A DNA stretch of 64,000 bases from a virus. How positions within the stretch are numbered: the stretch's first letter is position 1; each line of letters starts with the position of its first letter. The stretch covers positions 118,740-182,739 of IMG/VR virus record IMGVR_UViG_3300024054_000008; one strand, written 5' to 3'. Shown in pieces: positions 40,555-50,530 of the stretch. The notes under the pieces were generated by a model. That model worked only from the letters and a program-made list of their open reading frames with translations. It was not told where the DNA came from and ran no database searches. The position numbers and the translations under genes were made by a program.

Positions 40555-40956
40555 ATGGCTACCACGGCTACAGCAAATCTCTCGTTAACTTATTCACCAC
40601 CTTCTGGGCCGGCAAACTCGGCCACTGCAACTTTCTCAGCTGCAGCCACTTCTAACGCCCAGAACGTTGGCGTTATTGATATTCCAGCCGCCACTGCACC
40701 ATCAACGGTATTTGCCATACCGTTCGGTTCTGTTGCATCGGCCAAGGTTTTGATGATAATCAATAAGACCAATGACGAAATTGGAATTAGATTGAACGGA
40801 CTTCCAGCAGATATTTTCCGAATATCTGCTGGTGGTTTCTTCGCCGTGAATATGCCAACGGATCCGGCTGCAGACCCGATTTCAAGCGCGTCTATAACAA
40901 TAATCAATGCAACTGTCTCATTGCAAAGCGTAAATTTCTTTGTATTCGGCGATTAA
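40555..40956 (+). CDS. Putative virion structural protein
   Basis: A/T/S/P-rich beta-sandwich-like composition. Confidence 0.6.
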   Translation: MATTATANLSLTYSPPSGPANSATATFSAAATSNAQNVGVIDIPAATAPSTVFAIPFGSVASAKVLMIINKTNDEIGIRLNGLPADIFRISAGGFFAVNMPTDPAADPISSASITIINATVSLQSVNFFVFGD

Positions 40957-41570
40957 ATCTTGTCCAAAACATGGAAGTTTGGACAAAGAACAATGTTATA
41001 TTAGAAGAAATGGTAAACTAGAATGTAAAGAATGTACTAAAAATAGGATTTCAAGGAATTACAAAAACAATTACGAGGCAATAAACCAATTACGTAAATT
41101 AAAATACCTCAACGAAGATTACAGGGCACAAATTCTAAAAAGAATGACCAGGTTCTATGCAACAAACACAGAATTAGTATCAAATAGAGTCCGTGCTCAT
41201 AAATTAAATCTTAAAAAAGAAGTCCTTTCGCATTATTCTTTTGGAGAATTACCCACCAATATTTCAAGTATTGTGTCATAATTGTAATTATTTAAAATAT
41301 TTGGAATCAATAGGATCAAAAGTAACTAGGTTAACTAAATTAAAAATAATTAAACATTATTCAAACAACAAAATAAAATGTGATTTATGTGAAATCAACA
41401 ATCCATTAGTTTTAACTATAGATCACATTAATGGTGGAGGAACAAGGCACAGAAAAAATCTGGGTGGCACTGACTCATTTTTCAGGTTCTTAATTAGGAA
41501 CAACTTTCCGACCGGATATAGAGTTTTATGTTTCAATCATAATTTAGGACTTGTATGTATCGGTGATTAA
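40940..41570 (+). pseudogene. HNH-type endonuclease, split by frameshift/deletion (40940..41281 and 41241..41570)
   Basis: CPKHG/CKEC N-part; FQVLCHNCN, CDLC, LTIDHINGGG, YRVLCFNHN in the second frame; frames switch near 41241-41270. Confidence 0.7.
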
Positions 41571-41581
41571 TCTGTAACTAA

Positions 41582-41614
41582 AAGGCCCTGCGGCGTACTT
41601 TTGCCCAGGGCCTT
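41582..41614 (+). terminator. Hairpin
   Basis: aaggccctg...cagggcctt followed by t. Confidence 0.55.
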
Positions 41615-41633
41615 TGAAGTATTTACCACTAAA

Positions 41634-41658
41634 CGGAGACACAACGCGTCGGTACGTA
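41634..41658 (+). promoter_or_regulatory. ECF-like promoter CGGAGA-N15-CGTA
   Basis: Motif match followed by GGAGGT. Confidence 0.7.
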
Positions 41659-41677
41659 CCGACCGCGGAGGTGCTGC

Positions 41678-42400
41678 ATGTCAGATATTTCTGAGTTGGA
41701 AAAACAACTCGAAGAACAATGCCAAAAAGTCCAAAACCTGCGTTCTGAAATAAACCAGAAAAAACGGGAATCGCAAGACAAACTCAGAACGGAAATTACG
41801 AAGCAAGTGCTTCAAACGGAAATTATTCAAAATTTTGTGGCAGAAATCAAATCTTCGGCTGCAACCTTCAAACTCAGCAAAGTCTACGCACACGGCGCTG
41901 GAGAAACTATCGTTTGTTCTTTCAAATCTTCTTCTGGTACTAGAAATTTCACACAGCGTTTGTGGTGGAACAAACCAAATCTTGAAAAAACACTCTTTGA
42001 GATGAAAGGCATCGTTGAAGCACTCTTTGAGAAAGATTGTGATAATCTACAACTTCTCGTACAAAGTCAAACTGACCACATCGCACAGAAGCTTGATAAA
42101 TTCGAAGAACTTGAGAGAATCACATTTTCTCATACACTTTTTCGAGAAGAATTAAAAGAACCCTTGCAAAGTGCGCTCGAAAGTCTCCTACCACAAGATT
42201 TTCCAGACGTTCTCTACGAGAAATGCCTAGAAATCTTCAACTCAAGCATTCATCAACAAAAGAGAAGCCAACACGCCGTCCGGCTTTACAAAAACAAAAT
42301 CAAAAAGATCCTCATCACAGCCCTACAAGAAGGCCTTACGGACGAAGATCTTTTCAAACTTATCGACGAATGTCGTACCGAATCCGTTCTCTCTTCTTAA
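41678..42400 (+). CDS. Coiled-coil protein, extended C-terminal module and tag (TESVLSS)
   Basis: GLTDEDLFKLIDECRTESVLSS. Confidence 0.8.
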   Translation: MSDISELEKQLEEQCQKVQNLRSEINQKKRESQDKLRTEITKQVLQTEIIQNFVAEIKSSAATFKLSKVYAHGAGETIVCSFKSSSGTRNFTQRLWWNKPNLEKTLFEMKGIVEALFEKDCDNLQLLVQSQTDHIAQKLDKFEELERITFSHTLFREELKEPLQSALESLLPQDFPDVLYEKCLEIFNSSIHQQKRSQHAVRLYKNKIKKILITALQEGLTDEDLFKLIDECRTESVLSS

Positions 42401-43170
42401 TCCTTCTTCTCTTCTACCGCGTTTTCTGTCAAAACCGCTTACTTTTTCTTCTTAGGATTGTTTCTAGCGAAACAAGAAAACGAAAAGAAAAGAAACAGAG
42501 TTTCTTTTAAAAAACTCAAACCAAGGGGCGACAGACGCACGAAGTTCTGGCTACTTGGTTTTGGATAATCCAGAAATTTCTTTCTCTAAAAGAGAAAGAA
42601 GTGGAAACCAAATTATCCTGTGCTTCAGTTCTGATCTTCTGGCTTATGCCCTGTCCGATGCTGGATGAGAAAATACTTAGTTTCCTGGCTTCGTATTTCC
42701 CCACAGAGGTGTTTGTAAAACCTCTCAGCTTCATGTTTCGCAGGCGTACTTTACTATTGAGAGTCTAACATTTGAACTGAAATTATACAAACGAAAGCCG
42801 AAGCCGACCTAGCGTATGGAACTAAATGAGTAGATCAAACAAAGCCAGGCATGGGACACGTTGCAAGCACTGGAAAGACACGGTGTTGGCCTCCCGGTCA
42901 CAGAAACGCGCCTGGTCCAAAAGAAAGCAGTTGAACCATCAACAAGACCGGGCAAGGGCTAAACGTGATTTGAGAACTGAAAGTACTTCAGGACAGCTAT
43001 GATCCATTACTGTGGTAACCCAATTCATGATTTTATGGCCTTCTTGGCCTTTCTTTTGACCTCTCCTGAGCTTCTCTTGACTCGGACGTGGCTTACCCTG
43101 TCCGGAATTCGGAAGCGCAAGGAAAGGCCAACGGGGTGCCAGGACGACTATTTTAAATGTAATTCGGTGA

Positions 43171-43797
43171 ATGGAAATCAAGGCGGCCCTGCCGTATCAG
43201 GCGAAGGAGGCCGAGTGGATGGCACAACGAAGCGGTTACTCAAAAGTGGTTTCAATTCTACGTGATCTTCCAGAAACAAAAGAGTTCGAGAAGCATTTCA
43301 CCTCTGAGCTAAAACATGCTCGCATTGAGGTGATTGAGTTCGACGTCAATTGGAAAAATGAAATCACCCAAACTTTCCAAATCCAGTTTGGGACCAATCC
43401 TGAAAGAAATGACGATTGGCTTTCCGAAAAAACTGCTGGTGACTTTTTCAAATTTTGTTCACAACCGATCAAAAAGTTTGCTGAAGAAATTCTTGATTCG
43501 GTTTGGAACACCCCGCGTTGTCGAACCTTCAATTGCAAGCGTGACAAGGTCGAAGAAAAGTTGATTTGCGCTATCAGTAATGAAAATTTAGTTGATTCCG
43601 ACCGCAGGGAAGAACTTCAAAAGCTTGTGGAGAGGTGCAAAGAAAGCGAAGACTTTCTGAAAGCCAAACGCCTCTTCACGGAAAGGAAGAGCAAAAACGC
43701 CATCGTTGACGCTCTGAAGAAATTCCCTGATATTTCAGACGAAGTCTTCCAAGAAGCGCTCCACGAATATCTATCAGAGAGGGTGGTTGATTCTTGA
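43171..43797 (+). CDS. Hypothetical protein, extended module and tag (SERVVDS)
   Basis: DISDEVFQEALHEYLSERVVDS. Confidence 0.75.
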   Translation: MEIKAALPYQAKEAEWMAQRSGYSKVVSILRDLPETKEFEKHFTSELKHARIEVIEFDVNWKNEITQTFQIQFGTNPERNDDWLSEKTAGDFFKFCSQPIKKFAEEILDSVWNTPRCRTFNCKRDKVEEKLICAISNENLVDSDRREELQKLVERCKESEDFLKAKRLFTERKSKNAIVDALKKFPDISDEVFQEALHEYLSERVVDS

Positions 43798-44035
43798 CAT
43801 GTTGTACAAATGTGAAATAAATCTTAGTCCGTTTTATCGCTGGATGACGTGTTATAATGCAGCATGTGTTTATTTGTTTATTTTTCGACCATTAACCAAC
43901 GTTACGATTTATATATGTTTATGTAGTGAGTGTGCATCATTCAACAGTTATAACATGTCTGGTTATGAAGTTACGAAAATTTCAAAAAAAGAATTTCAGG
44001 ATTTTAGAGAAACACAATCTCTGATGGAGAGCTGA
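43787..44035 (+). CDS. Cys-containing protein, C-terminal tag (TQSLMES)
   Basis: Signature; similar layout to 44035 and 50118 genes. Confidence 0.6.
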   Translation: MILDMLYKCEINLSPFYRWMTCYNAACVYLFIFRPLTNVTIYICLCSECASFNSYNMSGYEVTKISKKEFQDFRETQSLMES

Positions 44036-44238
44036 TGCCAGTTCTAGATCCAATTTTTGGTAGATATTATTGTGATGGGCATGCTCAGATTGTGTATGCA
44101 ACCAAATTTTACAAAGTTTCTCAAGATCCAGAATATAAAGCATATTGTTCATATTGCGCAACAATTCGCACTTTAGATAAAGACTTCACATCTCTTACAC
44201 AAGAAGAATTCGAGGCGCTAATCGTACTAGAATCATGA
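44035..44238 (+). CDS. Cys-containing protein, C-terminal tag (ALIVLES)
   Basis: CSYC; signature. Confidence 0.65.
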   Translation: MPVLDPIFGRYYCDGHAQIVYATKFYKVSQDPEYKAYCSYCATIRTLDKDFTSLTQEEFEALIVLES

Positions 44239-45269
44239 AAGGAACCAAAATGAAATCTGTGGACAGCCTGGTCGAAGAATATCGCAAAGCGCGCAAGAGA
44301 GCTGAACGCGATGGACTTTTGAACGAAATTTTATCGCACCCGGGTTTGCCGACAAACCAAACGTATGTGTTTGAACAATTGCTCTCAAGGGCGGAAATTT
44401 ACGTCCCAGGGTCACTTGATAGACAAAATCTCATGAATTTCTGTGAAAAACTCGATTACAAAGTACCGGAAAGTTGCAAACATAAAGTTTTTCAAACGTT
44501 GTTTCTACAATTCATTCACGATGAAATCGTACCCAACGAAGTCGTGTTGGACCACATGTCAAAGCATGACCCGTCGAAGGTCTTGACGGCATACGGGACA
44601 CTGAAAGAAGAATCACCTGACGCTTTGAAAAATTGTCTCTTGGAAAAGACCAAAGAGATTCTTTCGGACCCAACCCGTTCTTGTGCTGTTAGTCAATATC
44701 ATCAAATTGACTTCTTTGCAAAACACCCGGAATTGTGCACTGAAGAAGTCAAAGGAAACTTGCTCAAATCAATGGCCAGACACGATAAGACAAATTTGTT
44801 CAAAAACATTCCCGGTACGCTCAAGATGTGGCTCAACACGGTTGGAAGTGATTTGAGCATGATTTGTATTGATAATCTTATCGGTTATACAAAACTTGAT
44901 GAGTTGGCCGACGAAGACAAACAAATTTTGTTTGGTGAGGTTCGAAAGCGCCTCATAGGGTGTGATGTGCACACTGCAGTGCACATCGGAATGCTTTTGC
45001 CTGAATTCAGAGAAGAAGCTCGGAAGCGAATTAAAACCATTTTCAATCCAAATCCTGATGAACTGATTTCAATGGCATTTGAGGGCAAATTGCATCACAC
45101 TGAGTTGAGCGACAAACTCAAGAAAATCTACTCGAAGAACGAAAACTGGCCTAGAGACGGGTCGAGTTTGAAACGAATGCATCAAATGCACATGATGCGT
45201 CAAATGGGTTATCCGCTGCATCAAATTGGTTATCCGCCATTCTATGGTGATTATTTAAACGATGATTGA
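44235..45269 (+). CDS. Alpha-helical repeat-like hypothetical protein
   Basis: 344-aa helical ORF; Met/His-rich tail. Confidence 0.75.
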   Translation: MKGTKMKSVDSLVEEYRKARKRAERDGLLNEILSHPGLPTNQTYVFEQLLSRAEIYVPGSLDRQNLMNFCEKLDYKVPESCKHKVFQTLFLQFIHDEIVPNEVVLDHMSKHDPSKVLTAYGTLKEESPDALKNCLLEKTKEILSDPTRSCAVSQYHQIDFFAKHPELCTEEVKGNLLKSMARHDKTNLFKNIPGTLKMWLNTVGSDLSMICIDNLIGYTKLDELADEDKQILFGEVRKRLIGCDVHTAVHIGMLLPEFREEARKRIKTIFNPNPDELISMAFEGKLHHTELSDKLKKIYSKNENWPRDGSSLKRMHQMHMMRQMGYPLHQIGYPPFYGDYLNDD

Positions 45270-45295
45270 TTGGGATTGTATAATCTCCCACTGAA

Positions 45296-45320
45296 CGGAG
45301 GTCCGGTCACCCGAGGCGTA
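45296..45320 (+). promoter_or_regulatory. ECF-like promoter CGGAGG-N15-CGTA
   Basis: Motif match followed by GGAGGT. Confidence 0.7.
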
Positions 45321-45340
45321 TCGGGTGCTGGAGGTACTGA

Positions 45341-46474
45341 ATGGCGACTCTTTCTGGTGTACATACGATCGATCAAACCGAGTGTCTCGACCTGTACAAG
45401 TTCACTTGTGAGGCCGGGACCAACACGCTGGTTCTCGGACCGGCCGGTGGTGGCAAAACCGCCATGGCACAACAGGCTGCCACGGAGATGGGCTTCCCGC
45501 ACATCTACGTCGACCTGTCCGTGCTCGAAGCCCCGGACTTCGTCGGGCTCCCGACCATCTCCACAAACGAGCGTGGCGCGAAGGTGGTGGAGTATGCCAC
45601 CCCAAAGTTCATGCCTTGCAAGGACGTGGTGGACGTCTCACAGAAGCCGTTCGTGCTCATCTTCGATGAGCTCGACAAGAGCCGCCCGGAGTTGCAGGCA
45701 CCGCTCCTGGAGATCTTCCACGAGAGGAGCATCAACGGAAGGCCGTTGCACGTGCACGGGATTCTGGCAACCGGAAACCTGCCCGACGAGGGTGCGTTCT
45801 CGCAGCCGATCTCCCACGCTCTCACGAACCGGTGCTCTGTCTACAAGATGGAGCTGAACTTCGAGGCATGGCAGCCGTGGGCGGTGAAGAACTCCATCAA
45901 CCCACTCATTGTGGGCTTCCTCTCCAGGAACCCGGAGTGGCTCCTCAAGCCGCCTCCGGAGGGCGACCCCACGGCTTACTGCCATCCCTCTCCGAGGGCC
46001 TGGTCGAACAGCGCGCGTGACCTCGACAAGGCCGGGCGTCGAGACGTGGACTTCCAGACCAAGCTCGTTTCTGGCCGGGTCGGGACCGGAGCTGCTGCAA
46101 AATTCCGGGTCTGGCTGGACCACTACCGCCACATCGAGCCCTTCGTCGATGCTCTCGTGAAGGATGGGAAGCATCCCCCCGACATGTCCATCGACAAGCT
46201 GATCGTTTGCGCGATCTCTGCCTGCAGCCAGATCGCTCGCACGGTCAACCAGGTGGACCAGGAGTCCAAGAAGGGGTCCAAGAAGGACGCCGACAAGGTC
46301 TACAAGGTGACCGAGCACGTCATGAAGTGGCTTGCCACGATCGATACCGAGTTCCAAATCGCGGCCGTCAAGAACAGTCTCGACATGGACATGATTCGCG
46401 ACTGGGGACTGACCAAAGTACCTGGCTTCATGGAAGTAGTGAACAGGACGCGGAACGTCATCAAGGGGAAGTGA
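45341..46474 (+). CDS. MoxR-type AAA+ ATPase
   Basis: Walker A GPAGGGKT; Walker B LIFDELDK; ATGN; ALTNRC; HPSPRAW. Confidence 0.92.
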   Translation: MATLSGVHTIDQTECLDLYKFTCEAGTNTLVLGPAGGGKTAMAQQAATEMGFPHIYVDLSVLEAPDFVGLPTISTNERGAKVVEYATPKFMPCKDVVDVSQKPFVLIFDELDKSRPELQAPLLEIFHERSINGRPLHVHGILATGNLPDEGAFSQPISHALTNRCSVYKMELNFEAWQPWAVKNSINPLIVGFLSRNPEWLLKPPPEGDPTAYCHPSPRAWSNSARDLDKAGRRDVDFQTKLVSGRVGTGAAAKFRVWLDHYRHIEPFVDALVKDGKHPPDMSIDKLIVCAISACSQIARTVNQVDQESKKGSKKDADKVYKVTEHVMKWLATIDTEFQIAAVKNSLDMDMIRDWGLTKVPGFMEVVNRTRNVIKGK

Positions 46475-46482
46475 GGTTTCCA

Positions 46483-46515
46483 CAGCCCCCTCTCCCACAT
46501 TGGAGAGGGGGCTGG
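46483..46515 (+). terminator. Hairpin after MoxR gene
   Basis: cagccccctctc...gagagggggctg. Confidence 0.65.
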
Positions 46516-46602
46516 TCTGTATTGACAGAGGTTGATTCAAGACCAACCCCGGAGAGGGGCGGCTGACATATGCCCCACCCTTCGCAAATATGCCCGAGGT
46601 AA

Positions 46603-46627
46603 TGCAGATGTGCGCCCTTCGCGCGTA
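46603..46627 (+). promoter_or_regulatory. ECF-like promoter TGCAGA-N15-CGTA
   Basis: Motif match followed by GGAGGT and a 16-codon leader ORF (46645..46695). Confidence 0.6.
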
Positions 46628-46691
46628 CCGGGATGGAGGTGACGATGGCTGAGACGAATGGGGTTCGCTACGGAGGGCGGAGGTGGCAACG

Positions 46692-47153
46692 ATGAAGCTG
46701 AAGGCAGTCTCGTATGGAAGCGACGGATTCGCTGGCGACAGCGGAAACATTCCGTCGGCCTATTGGGCCCTGGACGCGACCGAGGAGTCGACGTACGAGG
46801 AGCTCCTCTCCGCCTGGAAGGAGAAGGCGTGCCTTGAGGCTGGAGGAGAGAAGCAGCCGGACGGATCGTGGACGCTTAAGGACGAGGACGGAGCCCCGTG
46901 GAACGTGTCTGGTGAGGAACTGGACGAGTGGCTGCGCGAACAGGCCGGAATTGGGGACATCCTGTCTGAGAACTGGCCTGTCGGGTTCTGGCTCCTGACC
47001 GAGAAGGACCTGGATACGGCATTCGTTCCAGGCGACATCGAGTGCTGGCGCGACTCCCAGACCTACACACTCAACCGGTGCATGAAGATGCTCTGCGCCC
47101 ACCTGGCCGTGAAGACCGTCGGGGATCCTCCGGCCGACGACGCGGACGATTGA
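46692..47153 (+). CDS. Acidic Trp-rich hypothetical protein
   Basis: GGAGGT SD; GC-rich. Confidence 0.75.
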   Translation: MKLKAVSYGSDGFAGDSGNIPSAYWALDATEESTYEELLSAWKEKACLEAGGEKQPDGSWTLKDEDGAPWNVSGEELDEWLREQAGIGDILSENWPVGFWLLTEKDLDTAFVPGDIECWRDSQTYTLNRCMKMLCAHLAVKTVGDPPADDADD

Positions 47154-47306
47154 TCGGAGACCGGCCTGCCGGGCGCATACTCGGGTCTGGGGTTCGAGCA
47201 TAGGGCGGGCGAGGACTGGAGGCGCGCATCGACGCGGCGCTCAAGGAGATCCAGGCCAAGCACACGGTCGTCAAGTGGACAATAAAGCTTTGGAAACGCC
47301 AATCAG

Positions 47307-47549
47307 ATGATACTCGGTGCAATACGTCATGGTGACAGAGTAGCCATATATCGTGGAGATTTTTACGTCCAATTTAAAAATAAATTAGTACGCGTTCTTA
47401 AACAAAAACATCCGACTGGAACTCTTGTGGTGGATTTTAATGGTTCTGGATTTTATGTTCATGAAAGTGAATTACAGTTCCTTTCATGTGATGAATTTGA
47501 AACAATCATGTTGATGTTAGAACCTAACTGGGACACACAAATTCCATAA
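47307..47549 (+). CDS. Small AT-rich hypothetical protein (SH3-like?)
   Basis: ORF inserted between GC-rich genes. Confidence 0.5.
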   Translation: MILGAIRHGDRVAIYRGDFYVQFKNKLVRVLKQKHPTGTLVVDFNGSGFYVHESELQFLSCDEFETIMLMLEPNWDTQIP

Positions 47550-47635
47550 GATTGTAAATTGGAACGTATTGCTTCTAGATCATTCTTGAAAAAGCTTGGC
47601 GGAGAAGAACCAATGTGTGATAATAATTGCACAAT

Positions 47636-47660
47636 TGAAGGTCGACCGGCTCCGTGCGTA
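47636..47660 (+). promoter_or_regulatory. ECF-like promoter TGAAGG-N15-CGTA
   Basis: Motif match followed by GGAGGT. Confidence 0.65.
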
Positions 47661-47680
47661 TCGGTTGGTGGAGGTGACGT

Positions 47681-49237
47681 ATGTCGTTGGATAGGTTGAG
47701 CACACGATTGCAGGATTCGCGCGGCTTGCTGCGCGAAGACCAGGGCTTGCTGCGGGAACTTCAGCAGAAGGTGTCCGCTGCAATGACCAAGCTGGCACAA
47801 CAGCCGAAGAACGGGGGCCACCCGTTCCTCTTCGCGCTCACTGCTCCAAAGCCACACGAAGTGGTTGACAAGATCGGACACCAGCCAATCCGCACGGCAG
47901 CAACGGATGGCAAGCAGTTCTATTGGTATCCTGGGTTTCTCAAGAAGCTGGACGCGATGGAGATTTCCACCGTGATGCAGCACGAAGGATACCACGTGCT
48001 CTTCGACCACGTGCGTCGCGGAATGGGCCGCAACCACGACGTTTGGAACTGGGCCATCGACTATGTCGTCAACTGCGTGATCGAAATCGATCACGAGCAG
48101 CAGCAGCGACAGGGCGCTCTCTGGACGCCCAATCTCGGAACGCCTCTTCCGCTCAAGACCTTGCTCGATTGGCTGGATGCCAAGAAGGGTGCCAACCTTC
48201 CAAAGACCGGTGAGGACTCCGGCCTGATCTTCGCAGACAAGACCCTCCAGGGCCGCACTCCGGAGAGTATCTACGACGAGATCATGAAGCACTTGGAGAA
48301 TTCTCCCCGCAAATGCCCGGCCTGTGGCGGCGTCGGGAACAAGATCTTCAAGAAGAAGGGTGACCAAGAAGGCCAGGGCGGTTCCGGTGACCAGGACCAG
48401 GAAGGTGATGGTCAAGAACAGGACTCCGGCCGGGGCCAGGGACAGGGCGACCAAGAAGGCCAGGGCGGGGGCTGTGGACACGATCACTCCGACGATGGAG
48501 ATGGTCACGGCGGACACACCTGCAAAACCTGTGGCGGCAAGCTCCTTCCGATGGATGCCCATATCATGCCTGGCGTCACCAAGGAGGAAGCCGTTCAAGA
48601 GGCACTGCGCGCGGCCGATACTGCCAAGAAGATGCGCGGATTGGTGCCATCAGGTGTCGAAGATGTGCTGGGGGAATTGGAAAAGCCAACCCTCACCTGG
48701 CAGGACATCGTTCGGAACGCCGCCACGCGCAAGAAGATGGACGTCGGGAACAAGAACGATTGGAAGCGATTCCGTCGTCGTCCGATGTCATTCCCCATGC
48801 CGCAATACATGCCTCGCAAGCATGACCACCGACCCAAGGTGCTAGCGATGCTGGACACCTCAGGATCAATGGGCCAAGATGATCTCGTATACGGTGTCTC
48901 TCAGCTCCAGGTCCTCGGGGATGACATGGATCTTCTGATTGTCCCGTGCGACGCCCAGCCCTATTGGCAAGACGCCACTCTGGCAAAGAATCTCCGTGAT
49001 CTCAACCGCACGAAGGTCACGGGCAGGGGCGGAACGGTTTTCAATCAGTTCTTCGAGGAATTCCCGCGCAAGGTTGGCAGGGATTTCGACGTTGTGGTAG
49101 TCATCACAGATGGCTATTGCGGCGAAATCCCGATGGAGTTGAAACCACCGTGCGATGTCGTCTGGGTTCTCACACAAGACTTCGCCTACAACCCCACCTT
49201 CGGGCGCGTGGCTCCGATGAGAAACCGGAAGCTCTGA
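47681..49237 (+). CDS. Metallopeptidase-VWA protein (DUF2201-like MoxR partner)
   Basis: TAATDG; HEGYHVLFDH; WNWAIDYVVN; MIDAS LDTSGSM; GRGGT; VVITDG. Confidence 0.9.
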   Translation: MSLDRLSTRLQDSRGLLREDQGLLRELQQKVSAAMTKLAQQPKNGGHPFLFALTAPKPHEVVDKIGHQPIRTAATDGKQFYWYPGFLKKLDAMEISTVMQHEGYHVLFDHVRRGMGRNHDVWNWAIDYVVNCVIEIDHEQQQRQGALWTPNLGTPLPLKTLLDWLDAKKGANLPKTGEDSGLIFADKTLQGRTPESIYDEIMKHLENSPRKCPACGGVGNKIFKKKGDQEGQGGSGDQDQEGDGQEQDSGRGQGQGDQEGQGGGCGHDHSDDGDGHGGHTCKTCGGKLLPMDAHIMPGVTKEEAVQEALRAADTAKKMRGLVPSGVEDVLGELEKPTLTWQDIVRNAATRKKMDVGNKNDWKRFRRRPMSFPMPQYMPRKHDHRPKVLAMLDTSGSMGQDDLVYGVSQLQVLGDDMDLLIVPCDAQPYWQDATLAKNLRDLNRTKVTGRGGTVFNQFFEEFPRKVGRDFDVVVVITDGYCGEIPMELKPPCDVVWVLTQDFAYNPTFGRVAPMRNRKL

Positions 49238-49249
49238 GACCGGTCAGAC

Positions 49250-49288
49250 GACCCTATGCCATACATTTGAATTGTATGGCATAGGGTC
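49250..49288 (+). terminator. 16-bp perfect hairpin
   Basis: gaccctatgccataca/tgtatggcatagggtc. Confidence 0.75.
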
Positions 49289-49293
49289 GGGAA

Positions 49294-49318
49294 CGAAACC
49301 GCACAATCGATGACTGTA
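49294..49318 (+). promoter_or_regulatory. ECF-like promoter CGAAAC-N15-TGTA
   Basis: Motif match followed by GAGGT. Confidence 0.6.
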
Positions 49319-49329
49319 TCGAGGTCGTA

Positions 49330-49782
49330 ATGGGTGACACAACAGGCATCCGCAAGTGCAATTCACGCGTGATGAAAACGCCACGCAGGAAAAAAGTGGC
49401 TGTGGCTGGGAGAAAAATTCCAAGCAAAAAAGTCCGAGACGCACGTCTCATGCCTTGTGGTCAAAAGGCGGTGATTTCTTATGATGTCAAATATACTTTG
49501 GGCCGCCGCGTCGTACATTTTTGTGAGGAACACGATCCAAAAACTAATATAGTTGGTGATATTGTCGAAGCACTCAACTCTCAACATTGGCGTGTCGTCG
49601 AACACGTATGCCGTCTAGAAAGTGTCACATCAATTTCTGAGCAGCAAAGCAACAGATTTGTTGATTCACTCATTATCATGATGGACCATAAAAGCAAAAG
49701 TCGCATGTCACTTGACGATTGGCATCGGGCCGTTGACACGGCTTGGAGAATAGCCGCTGCCAAATCTGTCGTAGATGGGTGA
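49330..49782 (+). CDS. Hypothetical protein, C-terminal tag (AKSVVDG)
   Basis: ORF with signature. Confidence 0.7.
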   Translation: MGDTTGIRKCNSRVMKTPRRKKVAVAGRKIPSKKVRDARLMPCGQKAVISYDVKYTLGRRVVHFCEEHDPKTNIVGDIVEALNSQHWRVVEHVCRLESVTSISEQQSNRFVDSLIIMMDHKSKSRMSLDDWHRAVDTAWRIAAAKSVVDG

Positions 49783-49785
49783 TAT

Positions 49786-50121
49786 ATGAACAAAATTTAT
49801 CTACAATCTCTCTTCCCTGAACTCACTGACGAGAAATTTGAGAAAAAGAGGAAAGAAGCCGTTGAAGAATTGCTTGAATGGCTGTGGGCATACGCTACGT
49901 TCGCTGGCGTTTTCAGTGAAAAAAGTTTGCAGCAAATCGAAGAAATGGACGTAGAATTTGCAAGCAAGCTCATCAAACTTTCAAATCATGGCAATTTCGA
50001 TTTGATTGAACACCTCGCCAGATTTGGCAAGAAATACAAAACCAAATCGATGTTTATTGACAAAACAGCTGTTGAAGAAGTTGTCGATCTGCTCAAAACC
50101 AAGGCCGTGACTCAAACATGA
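49786..50121 (+). CDS. Hypothetical protein, near-match tag (TKAVTQT)
   Basis: EEVVDLLKTKAVTQT. Confidence 0.7.
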   Translation: MNKIYLQSLFPELTDEKFEKKRKEAVEELLEWLWAYATFAGVFSEKSLQQIEEMDVEFASKLIKLSNHGNFDLIEHLARFGKKYKTKSMFIDKTAVEEVVDLLKTKAVTQT

Positions 50122-50348
50122 TTGAACTTTGCCAAAGGTGTAAGTGTGATTTTGCTATGTATTATATATTGGTAAAATTTCCTGTAGATTATCAAGGAAG
50201 CAGTTATTCACAACACCAAACAGCTTGTAAAGATTGCTTTGCGGACATTGAGAGAAATACCCACGAATTTGAGAAAAAAATTGTGGTGTTTGGAACCAAG
50301 GAAGAGTGGGAAAAAGATCGATTGGTCAAACAGGTGATTGAGTCATGA
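50118..50348 (+). CDS. Cys-containing protein, near-match tag (VKQVIES)
   Basis: CQRC, CKDC; ATGA-coupled. Confidence 0.7.
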   Translation: MIELCQRCKCDFAMYYILVKFPVDYQGSSYSQHQTACKDCFADIERNTHEFEKKIVVFGTKEEWEKDRLVKQVIES

Positions 50349-50530
50349 CTGGATGTTTCCCAAATTGTAAAAACAACATCAAACATTATGTGCTTGAAGA
50401 CAACTTATACCAAAATACTTATACTAAACTTTGTGGTGAATGTTTACATAGAAAAATGTTAAACGGTTTCGTTATCAAAATATTCGAAAATGAAGATGAA
50501 TGGGCGACCGAACAAGTAATTAAGTCATGA
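50345..50530 (+). CDS. Cys-containing protein, C-terminal tag (TEQVIKS)
   Basis: CGEC; paralog-like to 50118 gene. Confidence 0.7.
   Translation: MTGCFPNCKNNIKHYVLEDNLYQNTYTKLCGECLHRKMLNGFVIKIFENEDEWATEQVIKS

Noticed and set aside
45270-49177. Long alternative-frame and antisense ORFs (e.g. 45638..46750, 47459..48598, 45270..45857)
   Set aside because: Shadow frames of GC-rich MoxR and VWA genes; no motifs or SD. The same applies to ORFs such as 12158..12823, 18232..19062, 27943..28419 and 55186..56034.
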